From Acinetobacter phage vB_AbaP_Alexa, in sequence record MT375042.1: 40,237 nt of DNA, one strand, 5' to 3'. This document shows, piece by piece, positions 8,240 to 17,703 of the stretch. Both the position numbers and the translations under genes were made by a program. Within the stretch, counting starts at the first letter, position 1, and each line of letters opens with the position of its first letter. The notes under the pieces are model-generated. The model was not told the origin of the DNA, made no database searches, and saw nothing but the letters and a program-made list of their open reading frames with translations.

Positions 8240-8324
8240 TGCGGGGCACAAAGCGCCGCGGCTTTCGCGTTGTGCATGCATTCCAAAAAGTTATTAAACA
8301 ACTACATTCGGGCAAAAAATTAGT

Positions 8325-8861
8325 ATGGCAGTTGGTACAGGAACAAAGGGGCAGATCGTAAACAGGACGGGGCTTTCGGACATTTTCGGTGTAGCTCTAA
8401 ACACTATCGACGCTTGGGTCAAAAAAGGGTGCCCAGTTGTTCAAAAAGGCGGTGGACGCGGCCAAGAATGGAAGTTCAACACCGCCGACGTTGGGAAGTG
8501 GTTGCGCGCCGATGCAGCCGCCGAAGCCAAGGGCACCAAAGATGCCAGCGTTGACGAACTGAACCGACGCAAGGCGCAGGCTTCAACCGAACTTGTCGAA
8601 CTGGAACTTGCGAAGGCAAAGGCGGAAGTCGCGCCGATTGATCAGGTGATGCGCGCCGTATCGAGAGCGTTTGCAGAGGTTCGCGCTGGAATGCGGAACA
8701 TTCCCGGTCGTACCGTTTCCCAGCTTATTGGTGAAACAGACGAGCGCCGTTTTAAGGCTGTCTTGCTTTCCGAAATTGACGAAGTTTTGAAGTCGCTGGC
8801 CGACGCATCATTGCTTGATGACTATGGCGACGAGGATGCGAAAGAAGATGCCGACGAATAG
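8325..8861 (+). CDS. Terminase small subunit, lambda Nu1-like
   Basis: LSDIFGVALNTIDAWVKKGCPVVQKGGGRGQEWKFNTADVGKWL aligns with lambda Nu1 LADIFGASIRTIQNWQEQGMPVLRGGGKGNEVLYDSAAVIKWY. Confidence 0.85.
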   Translation: MAVGTGTKGQIVNRTGLSDIFGVALNTIDAWVKKGCPVVQKGGGRGQEWKFNTADVGKWLRADAAAEAKGTKDASVDELNRRKAQASTELVELELAKAKAEVAPIDQVMRAVSRAFAEVRAGMRNIPGRTVSQLIGETDERRFKAVLLSEIDEVLKSLADASLLDDYGDEDAKEDADE

Positions 8862-10881
8862 TATTTTTAGCAATCTGGAAGGCATCGAACAGGCAATCCG
8901 ACGCGCACAGCGGCACCTACTTCCACCGCCAGACATGAAGCCGTCAGAGTGGGCACAAGAACACATACGCATACCAGCGGGGAACGCTGTTCCCGGTCCT
9001 TTGCGATTGGACAATGCGCCATACCAGCGCGAACCAATGGACATGCTGGTAAACCCGGATTGCTACCGCGTTACCCTTATGTGGGGCGCACAGGTCGGCA
9101 AAACGCTTCTGGCGTTGTGTGTTCAGGCTTATTGCATTGGTGCCGAACCGTGCAGCCAAATGATGATGCAGCCAAGCCAAGACGACTTGCGCACATGGCT
9201 GGAAACGAAATTCAATCCACTAGCGGAAGAATGCGAACCGGTAGCAAACTCGATTGCAAAACCGCGTGGCCGCGACGGTGTGAATAACCAGAAAATGAAA
9301 TCCTATCCGGGCGGCTTCATGATGTTCGCTTGGTCGGGTTCACCGAAAACCATGCGCGGTCGTTCTGCCCCTAAGATCGTATGCGATGAAGTCGACGGCT
9401 ACGAAAGAACCAGCGAAGGGCACCCGGTCGGGTTGTTGTGGCAGCGTTCCGCTACCTTTGGCGACCAACGGTTTTTGCTGGAAATCAGCACGCCAACGCT
9501 GAAAGATGAATCGTATATCGAAAAAGCTTACGAGATGGGCGACCAGCGCCATTTTTATGTTTGCTGTCCGCACTGTGACGACCACGTAACGCTTAGCTGG
9601 GAAAATGTTCACTGGGAAGGACAGCGCGAAACGGATGACGAAAACCTAGCGGCCATTGACGAGCAAAAGCCAGATACGGCGCACATTCGTTGCCCGTCGT
9701 GCGGTTCCAAGTGGAACGATGGAGAACGCGTTGCGGCAATCCGACAAGCTGAAAGCAAGGGCGCAGGCTGGAAGGCGTCAAAACCTTTCGACGGACACGC
9801 CAGCTATCACTTAAACGAGTTATATAGCACCTTCCGAAAGGTGCCGGCGATTGTCCGCGACTACTTGGACAAGCTAAAAACGGACGACCTACAGACGTTT
9901 ACAAATGTCAGTTTGGCGCGAACTTGGGAGGAAAAAGGCGAGAAAGTCGACCCAGATAGCCTAATGGCACGCCGTGAAGAATACGCAGCACAAGTTCCGG
10001 CAGGCGGGGTTTACCTAACGGCCGGTATCGACATGCAAAACGACCGCTTGGAAGTCGAAATCGTGGCATGGGGCGAAGGGGACGAAAGTTGGTCAGTGGA
10101 TTACCGTGTCCTATGGGGCGATACATTAGGCGATGAAGTTTGGGACGACCTAGACGACGTCCTGGCCGAAAAGTTCATGCATGAAACTGGGGTTATGCTT
10201 CCAATATCCGCGGCGTGTCTAGATACGGGCGGTACAAGCGGACATACCCAGCGTGCGTATGAATACGCCAAGGGGAAAACCGGGCGTCGCCTATTCGCCA
10301 TTAAGGGTCAAGGCGGATGGGGCCGGCCAGTTGTGGCACAGCCGCAGCGCAAGCAATCCGGTAAGGCTAAGCGTAAAGTCGATTTGTTCATGGTGGGGAC
10401 CGATGAAACAAAATTAATCGTGACTAGACGACTAGGCGTGCCTAGTCCGGGGCCGGGTTACTGCCACTTTCCAGAAGATCGCGACGAAGAATTTTTTAAG
10501 CAATTGACCGCTGAAAAACTAATCGTTCATTACGTGAAAGGGCACCCAGTTCGCCAGTGGACCAAGCCAGACAAGGCACGTAACGAAGCGCTGGACTGCC
10601 GTGTCTATGCGACCGCAGCACTAAAAATCATGCAGCCGCCATTGAAGCGTATTTCAGAGCGTTTAAACGGGATAAAACCGCGTGCAGTGGCCGAACCAGT
10701 GAAAGAACCGACCCCGGTGCAGCCAGTGCAACAGACCGCACCAGTTCAGCCGCAAAAGCCGGCAAACGATAACGACGTCATCATGATTCGTAAGAAAAAA
10801 GCGCAGGATGAAAGCAAACCGACGCTTGGGCATAATGACCCTATTAAGAAAAAGCGAATTTTTGGAAACAGGAAACGATGA
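8815..10881 (+). CDS. Terminase large subunit, lambda gpA-like
   Basis: ARTWEEKGEKVDPD...VYLTAGIDMQNDRLEVEIVAWG and RNEALDCRVYATAALKI align with lambda gpA TWEAKIGERPDAE...AYLTAGIDSQLDRYEMRVWGWG and RNEALDCFVYALAALRI. A zinc ribbon CPHC...CPSC is present. Confidence 0.9.
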   Translation: MMTMATRMRKKMPTNSIFSNLEGIEQAIRRAQRHLLPPPDMKPSEWAQEHIRIPAGNAVPGPLRLDNAPYQREPMDMLVNPDCYRVTLMWGAQVGKTLLALCVQAYCIGAEPCSQMMMQPSQDDLRTWLETKFNPLAEECEPVANSIAKPRGRDGVNNQKMKSYPGGFMMFAWSGSPKTMRGRSAPKIVCDEVDGYERTSEGHPVGLLWQRSATFGDQRFLLEISTPTLKDESYIEKAYEMGDQRHFYVCCPHCDDHVTLSWENVHWEGQRETDDENLAAIDEQKPDTAHIRCPSCGSKWNDGERVAAIRQAESKGAGWKASKPFDGHASYHLNELYSTFRKVPAIVRDYLDKLKTDDLQTFTNVSLARTWEEKGEKVDPDSLMARREEYAAQVPAGGVYLTAGIDMQNDRLEVEIVAWGEGDESWSVDYRVLWGDTLGDEVWDDLDDVLAEKFMHETGVMLPISAACLDTGGTSGHTQRAYEYAKGKTGRRLFAIKGQGGWGRPVVAQPQRKQSGKAKRKVDLFMVGTDETKLIVTRRLGVPSPGPGYCHFPEDRDEEFFKQLTAEKLIVHYVKGHPVRQWTKPDKARNEALDCRVYATAALKIMQPPLKRISERLNGIKPRAVAEPVKEPTPVQPVQQTAPVQPQKPANDNDVIMIRKKKAQDESKPTLGHNDPIKKKRIFGNRKR

Positions 10882-11420
10882 CATGCATTTTACCGGGTTC
10901 GATTACTGCGGGACTAACGTTTAAACGCACTGTTACGCTTGCAGCATACCCAGCCGACCAAGGTTGGGTTTTGCGTGTTTATCTGCGTGGCAAGGCGGCA
11001 ATAGATATTGAATCAACGCCAAACGGTACACAGCACGTTTTTAACGTACCAGCGGCAACGACAACGGCATGGCAGGAAGGTAACTACGGTTACAGCGTCC
11101 GCGCCGTGCATTCGTTGTCTGGTGAAGTGTACGAAGTCGATAGCGGCACAATCGACATTCTAGGCGATATGCAAACCGCCACAAGCGGCGACTACCGAAG
11201 CCACGCGCAGAAGGTACTAGACGCAATCGAAGCCGTTATCGAAAACCGTGCATCGCTGGACCAAGAACGCTACCGCATTAATAACCGCGAATTGTACCGC
11301 ACACCGATGGCCGACTTACTAAAGTTGCGCGCGCAGTACCGGAACGAGGTGAGACAGGAAAAAGCGAAGGCGTGCGGAAAATCATTGTTCGGACAGACCG
11401 TCCGCGTCTCATTAAGGTAA
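10881..11420 (+). CDS. Head protein with a gpW-like (head-tail joining) C-terminal segment
   Basis: It lies between TerL and the portal, as lambda W does. The C-terminal ...ELYRTPMADLLKLRAQYRNE resembles lambda W ...[20 protein letters not shown]. The N-terminal ~100 aa are unassigned. Confidence 0.35.
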   Translation, partial: TCILPGSITAGLTFKRTVTLAAYPADQGWVLRVYLRGKAAIDIESTPNGTQHVFNVPAATTTAWQEGNYGYSVRAVHSLSGEVYEVDSGTIDILGDMQTATSGDYRSHAQKVLDAIEAVIENRASLDQERYRINNRELYRTPMADLLKLRAQYRNEVRQEKAKACGKSLFGQTVRVSLR

Positions 11421-11424
11421 TTTT

Positions 11425-13032
11425 ATGTTTGGACTATTTGACCGGGGCGATGTGCCGAATACGGCACCGATTCCAGTTGACCAATTGCCGGCACAGGAAG
11501 CGGAAGCAGTCACGCAAGCGCCGAAGATGCGCAAGCTATGGCGCAACATGACCCGCCATTTTCGCGCGGGGCAGACGGACCGATTAACAACCAGCTGGGG
11601 AACTTTCCCGGTAACTGCCGATAGCATTATCGAAAGATACCAGCGTCCGCTTGTGGCACGCTCCCGCGAACAGGCAGCAAACAACGACTATGCTCGTGCA
11701 TTCCTTCGCATGTGCCGTCAAAACATTGTCGGGCCGCAAGGCGTTATGCTGCAAGCACAGGCAAAGACCGCAGGCGGCAAGATCGACACAGCGGCAAACG
11801 ATGCAATCGAAGTGGCTTGGTTGGCATGGAGCAATAAGAAAAATGCAGACGTGCGCGGTGTGCGTTCGATGCGTGAAATTGAAAACTCATGCGTAACCAG
11901 TGCAGCCAAAGACGGCGAATTTTTCGTCCGTGTGATTTATGGTGCCGATGCTGGGCCATGGGGGTTCTCATTACAGACCTTGGATGCGCAACGCTGTCCG
12001 GTTGACTTACACGAAAAGCTACGCGGTGGCGGATTCATCCGTCAGGGGGTTGAGTTCAATAAGTACGGTCGACCGGTCGCGTATTATTTTGACTCAACCG
12101 ACGATACAGAAACGGAATACCGGTTCGGCGGCCGAAATTTTATTCGCGTCCCAGCGGATGACATTATTCACGGATTCTTAGAGGATATGACCGGGCAAAA
12201 GCGCGGCTTGCCGTGGATGGCTACTTCGCTATTTCGCATGCGTCAAATTTCAGAATTTGAAGATGCCAGCGTCGTCAATGCGCGCGTCGGTGCCAACAAA
12301 ATGGGATTTATCCAGTGGAAAGAAGGAAGAGGACCAGAGTTCGACGAAGATTCAGACGAAATCATTATCGAAAGCCAAGCCGGTGAATTTCCAGTTTTGC
12401 CAGAAGGCGCAGAACTTAAGGAATGGGCACCGAACTACCCGTCTGGTGAATTTATCCCGTTCTATAAATCAATGTTGCGCAGCATGGCCGCAGGCATGGG
12501 GGTTCTTTACAACAACCTTGCCAGCGACTTGGAAGGCGTGAATTTTAGTTCAATTCGCCAAGGTACACTAGACGAGCGCGAACACTGGAAAGAATTGCAA
12601 CAGTGGTTGATTGAATCCCTAATCGAACCGGTGTTCACGCGCTGGCTTGAATATTCCTTGCTTGCTGGGAAGATCAAAAACGCGCGTGGCCTACCGCTGA
12701 AAGCGGAAGCAATCGAACGCTATAGCTCCGTTTCATGGCAACCACGTCGCTGGGCTTGGATTGACCCAAGTGCCGATATTGCAGCGGCGGAAAAGTCAAA
12801 GAACAACATGCTTACAAGTCCGGGCCGCATCATCCGTGAACAAGGTTTAGACCCTACGACCGTATGGCGAGAAACAGCACGAGACGTCAAAGCGATGATT
12901 GACGAGTACGTGGCGCAAGGCATTGACGAAGAAACCGCCAAGAATTTGGTTCTTATCAGCATGGGCCAAAAACCAACAAACCCGGTCGGACGACCAACAC
13001 AGGAAAAACAGAATGAGAACCAAGCGACTTGA
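11425..13032 (+). CDS. Portal protein (lambda gpB family)
   Basis: A 535-aa protein immediately after the TerL/W-like genes. Its size and position match lambda B. Confidence 0.75.
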   Translation: MFGLFDRGDVPNTAPIPVDQLPAQEAEAVTQAPKMRKLWRNMTRHFRAGQTDRLTTSWGTFPVTADSIIERYQRPLVARSREQAANNDYARAFLRMCRQNIVGPQGVMLQAQAKTAGGKIDTAANDAIEVAWLAWSNKKNADVRGVRSMREIENSCVTSAAKDGEFFVRVIYGADAGPWGFSLQTLDAQRCPVDLHEKLRGGGFIRQGVEFNKYGRPVAYYFDSTDDTETEYRFGGRNFIRVPADDIIHGFLEDMTGQKRGLPWMATSLFRMRQISEFEDASVVNARVGANKMGFIQWKEGRGPEFDEDSDEIIIESQAGEFPVLPEGAELKEWAPNYPSGEFIPFYKSMLRSMAAGMGVLYNNLASDLEGVNFSSIRQGTLDEREHWKELQQWLIESLIEPVFTRWLEYSLLAGKIKNARGLPLKAEAIERYSSVSWQPRRWAWIDPSADIAAAEKSKNNMLTSPGRIIREQGLDPTTVWRETARDVKAMIDEYVAQGIDEETAKNLVLISMGQKPTNPVGRPTQEKQNENQAT

Positions 13033-15019
13033 TTTAGCAATGGCACTTACTGGCGCATACTTCACACGTGAAGCCGGCAGCGGCAAGGCGTTGCCAGACT
13101 TCAACCGCGACGCACTAAAGCGCACGTTCCACGTGGAACGTTCAAGCGTGAATGATGACGACCGAACCGTCGAACTGTCATTTAGCAGTGAAGTGGAGGT
13201 CGAACGCTGGTTCGGTATCGAAGTGCTCTCGCACGAACCCGGTGCGATGCGAACCGACCGTCTGGAAAATGGCGGGGCGTTGCTGGTAAATCACGACTGG
13301 GACGACCAAGTCGGCGTTATTGAAAGCGTGCGCATTGACGCAGACCGTAAGGGCCGTGCCGTGGTGCGCTTTGGTCGTTCTGCGCGTGCCGACGAAATCT
13401 TCCAAGACGTAAAAGACGGCATCCGCAAGCTGGTAAGTGTCGGCTATCGCATTCTGGCGGCGAAAATTACAGAAACGCGCGACAATTACGATATTTACAC
13501 GATTACCGAATGGGAACCTTACGAAATTTCTATCGTGTCGGTTCCAGCGGATGCGACCGTCGGCGTTGGCCGTTCTGCGGAAAAAGCGCAGGATGAAACG
13601 AGTAATCCGCAAACCTATAATGACCCTATCCATAAACAGGAAAGAAACATGAAAGTAAAGATTTTGCGCGACGCATCGGGCAATCTTGTCCGTGCAGAAG
13701 TCGACGACAACGATGCAATTCTTAAAGTTCTTGAAGTGCTTGAAGAAGCAGGCGCGGACGTTCGTTCAGCGCAAACCGCTGGCCGCGACACTGAGCGCAA
13801 CCGCGTTCGCGCATTGACCGAAATGGGTGAACGTTACGGCGACACAGCGCTTGCAATGGAGTACATTAAAGACGGCAAGAGCGCCGAAGATTTGCAACGC
13901 GCATTGTTAGACAAGTTCAACGAACGCAGCAAAAAGCCGATTGCAGAACAGACGCGCAATGCCAATATCGGCATGAACGAAGATGAATTGCAACGCTTCT
14001 CACTTGCGCGCGCAATTCGTGCAATGCTTCCGGGCGCGACACAGGCCGAACGTGATGCCGCTAAATTCGAGTTTGAATGCAGCGAAGAAGCACAGAAGCA
14101 CTACAAGCGCGAAGCTAAAGGCCTTCTAATCCCTATGGACGTCCTGAACCGTGCGTTCAACGCAGGCGGTGCAGCAAATACACCAGTAGGTGCAACGAGT
14201 GGTCAAAACTTGGTTGCTACCGACTTCCGTGCTGACGCATTTATCGAAATGTTACGCAAGCGTACAACCATTATGCGCCTTGCAACCACAATGGGCGGCT
14301 TGGTCGGTAACGTGGAAATCCCGAAACAGACTGGCGCAGTAGCGGCGTACTGGCTTGGGGAAGGTCAAGACGCGACAGAAGGCACGCCGGTAATTGGTCA
14401 AATCGGATTAACTCCGCATACCGTGGGCGCGTACACTGATATTACCCGTCGTTTGCTTATCCAAAGCACACCAGACGCGGAACGCATTGTGTGGAACGAC
14501 CTTGGTAATGCGATTGCACAAGCGATTGACGTTGCGGGGTATTACGGTTCTGGAACAGGTAATGAACCGAAAGGCCTTAAAAACTACAGCGGCATTAACG
14601 CGGTGGATTTTGCAGCGGCTAACCCAACGTTCGCTGAGCTTGTGGCAATGGAAACCGCTATTGCGACCGACAACGCCGACGTAAACAGCATGGCTTACGT
14701 TATGAATGCGGCAATGCGTGGTCACGCGAAAACCACGTCTAAGTTTGCAGGCGGAACGGACCAAGGCACAATTTGGGAACCGGGCAACACTGTAAACGGC
14801 TACCGTACAGAAATCACGAACCAGATTACAGCCGGTGACGTGTTCTTCGGTAACTTCGCAGACTTCCTTATCGGCCTTTGGGGTGGCTTGGATATTACCG
14901 TCGACCCTTACAGCTTGTCGAAATCTGGCGGCTTGCGCATCGTTGCGTTCCAAGACGTAGACTTCGCGGTCCGTCGTGAAGAATCGTTCTGCTACGGTTC
15001 TGCAACAGTTACCCCTTAA
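13013..15019 (+). CDS. Fused prohead protease (HK97/S78 family), scaffold-like linker and HK97-fold major capsid protein
   Basis: The N-terminal domain shows S78 motifs (LLVNHDWDDQVG, EISIVSVPADATV). The middle is a charged helical linker. The C-terminus is a capsid domain (LIPMDVL...GATSGQNL...DITVDPYS). ATG at 13013 follows AGGAAAAACAGA. Confidence 0.75.
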   Translation: MRTKRLDLAMALTGAYFTREAGSGKALPDFNRDALKRTFHVERSSVNDDDRTVELSFSSEVEVERWFGIEVLSHEPGAMRTDRLENGGALLVNHDWDDQVGVIESVRIDADRKGRAVVRFGRSARADEIFQDVKDGIRKLVSVGYRILAAKITETRDNYDIYTITEWEPYEISIVSVPADATVGVGRSAEKAQDETSNPQTYNDPIHKQERNMKVKILRDASGNLVRAEVDDNDAILKVLEVLEEAGADVRSAQTAGRDTERNRVRALTEMGERYGDTALAMEYIKDGKSAEDLQRALLDKFNERSKKPIAEQTRNANIGMNEDELQRFSLARAIRAMLPGATQAERDAAKFEFECSEEAQKHYKREAKGLLIPMDVLNRAFNAGGAANTPVGATSGQNLVATDFRADAFIEMLRKRTTIMRLATTMGGLVGNVEIPKQTGAVAAYWLGEGQDATEGTPVIGQIGLTPHTVGAYTDITRRLLIQSTPDAERIVWNDLGNAIAQAIDVAGYYGSGTGNEPKGLKNYSGINAVDFAAANPTFAELVAMETAIATDNADVNSMAYVMNAAMRGHAKTTSKFAGGTDQGTIWEPGNTVNGYRTEITNQITAGDVFFGNFADFLIGLWGGLDITVDPYSLSKSGGLRIVAFQDVDFAVRREESFCYGSATVTP

Positions 15020-15061
15020 TGAATTGGCGGCCAGTGCGCCGCCACTTTTCGAGAATTTATT

Positions 15062-15355
15062 ATGTCAAAGCATATTCCGAAATTTACGCTTAAATTGACT
15101 GCCGCAATTGTCATTGATGGCGAAATTCGAAAAGCTGGTGAGCTTGTCGAAGTTGATAAATCACTGGCCGAAAACCTTTTGTACCGTGGACGTGCCGAAC
15201 TTGTCGAAACTGACGACGAAGGCGAAGCGGTTGACCTTAGTAAAATGAAAAAGCCGGAACTGGTTGCATTAGCGACCGAATACGGAATCGACAACCCGGA
15301 CGCGCTGAACGTTGACCAGTTGCGTGCAGCAATCAAAGAAGCCGCAGCGGAGTAA
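15062..15355 (+). CDS. Hypothetical head-module protein
   Basis: A 97-aa ORF after the capsid gene. A C-terminal Rho-N/SAP-like motif reads PELVALATEYGID. Confidence 0.4.
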   Translation: MSKHIPKFTLKLTAAIVIDGEIRKAGELVEVDKSLAENLLYRGRAELVETDDEGEAVDLSKMKKPELVALATEYGIDNPDALNVDQLRAAIKEAAAE

Positions 15356-15360
15356 TTGAA

Positions 15361-15684
15361 ATGCCTAAACCTTCATGGGAAAATCTGGACGTATTCTTTC
15401 AGACCGACACCGTTGGGGGTTTTGGTGACGTTGCGACTTTTGAACTGGCGGACGGAAGTGTCCGCCAGATCACTGGTATTTTTGATAATCCGTATTTGAA
15501 TGCACAAACTGGGGAATATGAAATCGACGACATGCAACCGCGATTTACATGCCCAGAGACAGCAGCCAAAGGCATCAAACAATACGACTACATGGTTTTA
15601 GACGGTAAGCGCTACAACGTCATGGGATACCCTAAAAGCGACGGTGTAGGCGTTGTAATTATCCCGCTGGAAATTTCCGAATGA
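15361..15684 (+). CDS. Head-tail joining protein, lambda gpFII-like
   Basis: ENLDVFF...RQITGIFDNPYLNAQTGEYEID...MVLDGKRYNV...SDGVG parallels lambda FII FDNLFDAA...AVIRGVFDDPENISYAGQGVRVEG...GDTLTIGEENFWVDRVSPDDGG. Confidence 0.5.
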   Translation: MPKPSWENLDVFFQTDTVGGFGDVATFELADGSVRQITGIFDNPYLNAQTGEYEIDDMQPRFTCPETAAKGIKQYDYMVLDGKRYNVMGYPKSDGVGVVIIPLEISE

Positions 15685-16190
15685 TCAATTTGCAAATCAG
15701 CGAACAAGGGATTTCCCAGATCGTTGATGAGCTAGGCGCGACACCAGAACAGTGCAAAAAAGCCTTACGTTCCGCACTATCAAAAATGGCAAGATGGCTA
15801 CAGACGCGGACGACTAAGGGGCTAAGCGCTGAACTACAGATTCAACAAAAAATTATCCGTCGCCGCTTGAAGAAAACCAATATTGTGACCACTGCGGACG
15901 GTTACGCGATTAAGCTATGGTATGGCTTGAACGACATATCGCTTATTCACCTAGGCGCACGCGAAACCAAGAAAGGCGTTACAGCCGGCAAGCGTAAGGT
16001 CGACGGTGCATTCATTGCCAAGGGGCAAGTTTTTAAACGTACAGGCAAGGCACGATTGCCGATTGAAAAACAGGTCGTGACGATTCAGAAACAGGCTAAC
16101 GACTATCTGGAAGGCGCTATCAGTCAAAACGATTTTGACGCGCAATTTTTTAAAACTTTTGAGCATGAATTAAAATGGCAGATGCGTTAA
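15681..16190 (+). CDS. Hypothetical virion protein (head/tail completion candidate)
   Basis: A 169-aa ORF in the connector region between the head and baseplate genes. Confidence 0.4.
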   Translation: MINLQISEQGISQIVDELGATPEQCKKALRSALSKMARWLQTRTTKGLSAELQIQQKIIRRRLKKTNIVTTADGYAIKLWYGLNDISLIHLGARETKKGVTAGKRKVDGAFIAKGQVFKRTGKARLPIEKQVVTIQKQANDYLEGAISQNDFDAQFFKTFEHELKWQMR

Positions 16191-16726
16191 TCGAAACCGA
16201 TTTGCTGGGATTATGTGAAGCGATAGAAGCGAAATTATCCGAAGCGTTCCCAGACTTTAAGGTCGTGCAATTTTTCCGCGAAGAAGAAGAACGCGCGCCA
16301 TTAAAGGAACCCGAATTGCCGGCTTTGTTGTTGGAAGTATCAGAGCTAGAGCCAAACCCAGAAGGCGACCCCGGCACGGAACAATTGTCCGTAATTGCCA
16401 GATTTGAAGCGCGTGTCGTGGTGAACTTCCGCACGGTGAAGGGCAAAATTGAAGCGGCGAAGATAGCCGGCGCGGTTGCTGCATTCATGCATAAGGAAAG
16501 ACACTTCCACCGTGTCAAAGGCTGTCCGGTTACGGTCGACGCTATTGTTTCAGATGCATTCTATCCAGACCTAGACCGCTTCAATGTGTGGCGTGTCGAT
16601 TTTAGTTGTATCGCATGGCTCGGCGAATCCGTTTGGACCAGTGACGGCACGACACCGGGTGAGCCGGTTTATAGCTGGGTTCCGAAGATTGGACCGGGCA
16701 ACGAAAGCGAATACGAGGGCGTTTAA
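16175..16726 (+). CDS. Hypothetical virion protein (tail completion candidate)
   Basis: A 183-aa ORF overlapping both neighbours, in the structural operon. Confidence 0.4.
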   Translation: MADALIETDLLGLCEAIEAKLSEAFPDFKVVQFFREEEERAPLKEPELPALLLEVSELEPNPEGDPGTEQLSVIARFEARVVVNFRTVKGKIEAAKIAGAVAAFMHKERHFHRVKGCPVTVDAIVSDAFYPDLDRFNVWRVDFSCIAWLGESVWTSDGTTPGEPVYSWVPKIGPGNESEYEGV

Positions 16727-16729
16727 ACG

Positions 16730-17365
16730 GTGAGTTACAATAATGCGCAGCATGACCGGCTAATTGCAAATCTGATTAAATATGGCCGCGTTGAAGCAGT
16801 CGACGCAGCCGCAGGCACGGCAACCGTGGATTTTGACGGGGAAGTCGTTCCCGGCTTGTCATGGGCTAAGCGTCGCGCAGGCAAAACGCGCGAATGGTAC
16901 GCACCGAGCAAAGGCGAACAAGTTTGCGTTCTTTCGCCGTCTGGTGAGTTATCGCAAGGCACGATTGCCTATTCCATTGAACAAGACCAGTTCCCAAACC
17001 CCGGCAACAGTCCAGATCAGGACTTGACAGAGTACCCGGACGGAACCGTCGTCGAATACAATAGCGCCAGTCACACGCTAACAATCGACACAAGCGCATC
17101 GTCTGGAACGGTCATAATTAAATGTAATACTGCTACCGTCGAAGCTGCGGCCAGTGTTACAATTGATACACCGGAGACAACATGCACCGGAAATTTAACA
17201 GTCGCCAAGTCGCTGAACGTTGGCGCTGGTGGCGGTTCTGCAACCATCAAAGGAAACGTTGATTTCCAAGGCGGCAGCGTTACGCACAACGGCAAGAACA
17301 TAGGCGATACGCACAATCATGGTGGCGTGCAACCGGGTGGCGGAAATACAGGGGCACCGACATAA
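16730..17365 (+). CDS. Baseplate spike / assembly protein V (P2 gpV-like)
   Basis: GRVEAVDAAAGTATVDFDGEVVPGLSWAKRRAGKTREWYAPSKGEQVCVLSPSGELSQGTI is characteristic of gpV. GTG start with GAGGG upstream. Confidence 0.75.
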   Translation: MSYNNAQHDRLIANLIKYGRVEAVDAAAGTATVDFDGEVVPGLSWAKRRAGKTREWYAPSKGEQVCVLSPSGELSQGTIAYSIEQDQFPNPGNSPDQDLTEYPDGTVVEYNSASHTLTIDTSASSGTVIIKCNTATVEAAASVTIDTPETTCTGNLTVAKSLNVGAGGGSATIKGNVDFQGGSVTHNGKNIGDTHNHGGVQPGGGNTGAPT

Positions 17366-17703
17366 TGCTAGGCATTAACGCAGAGACAGGAAAACGATTG
17401 GATGGACTGGACCACTTGCGCCAGTCTATCCGCGATATTCTGACGACGCCTATTGGTTCTCGCGTTATGCGCCGTGACTACGGTTCGCGTCTGTTTCAGT
17501 TGGTCGACGCACCAATCAACCGAGACACAATCACAGACATTTACGCGGCCACAGCGGAAGCGCTTTTAAAGTGGGAGCCGCGCGTCGACGTAACACAAGT
17601 AAAAATTACCAACGCCGTACCCGGACAAATAGAATTGATGCTCTATGGCAACTATTTACCCAACGGGCAGGCAATAACGATTGACGGGATAGTGATTAAA
17701 TAA
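17365..17703 (+). CDS. Baseplate protein W (GPW/gp25 family)
   Basis: LDHLRQSIRDILTTPIGSRVMRRDYGSRL is the gp25-like motif. Its size and position match P2 W. Confidence 0.8.
   Translation: MLGINAETGKRLDGLDHLRQSIRDILTTPIGSRVMRRDYGSRLFQLVDAPINRDTITDIYAATAEALLKWEPRVDVTQVKITNAVPGQIELMLYGNYLPNGQAITIDGIVIK

Noticed and set aside
8109-8297. A 62-aa ORF spanning the cos region
   Set aside because: It covers the GC-rich candidate cosN and flank and has no RBS. The cos region of lambda-like phages is non-coding.
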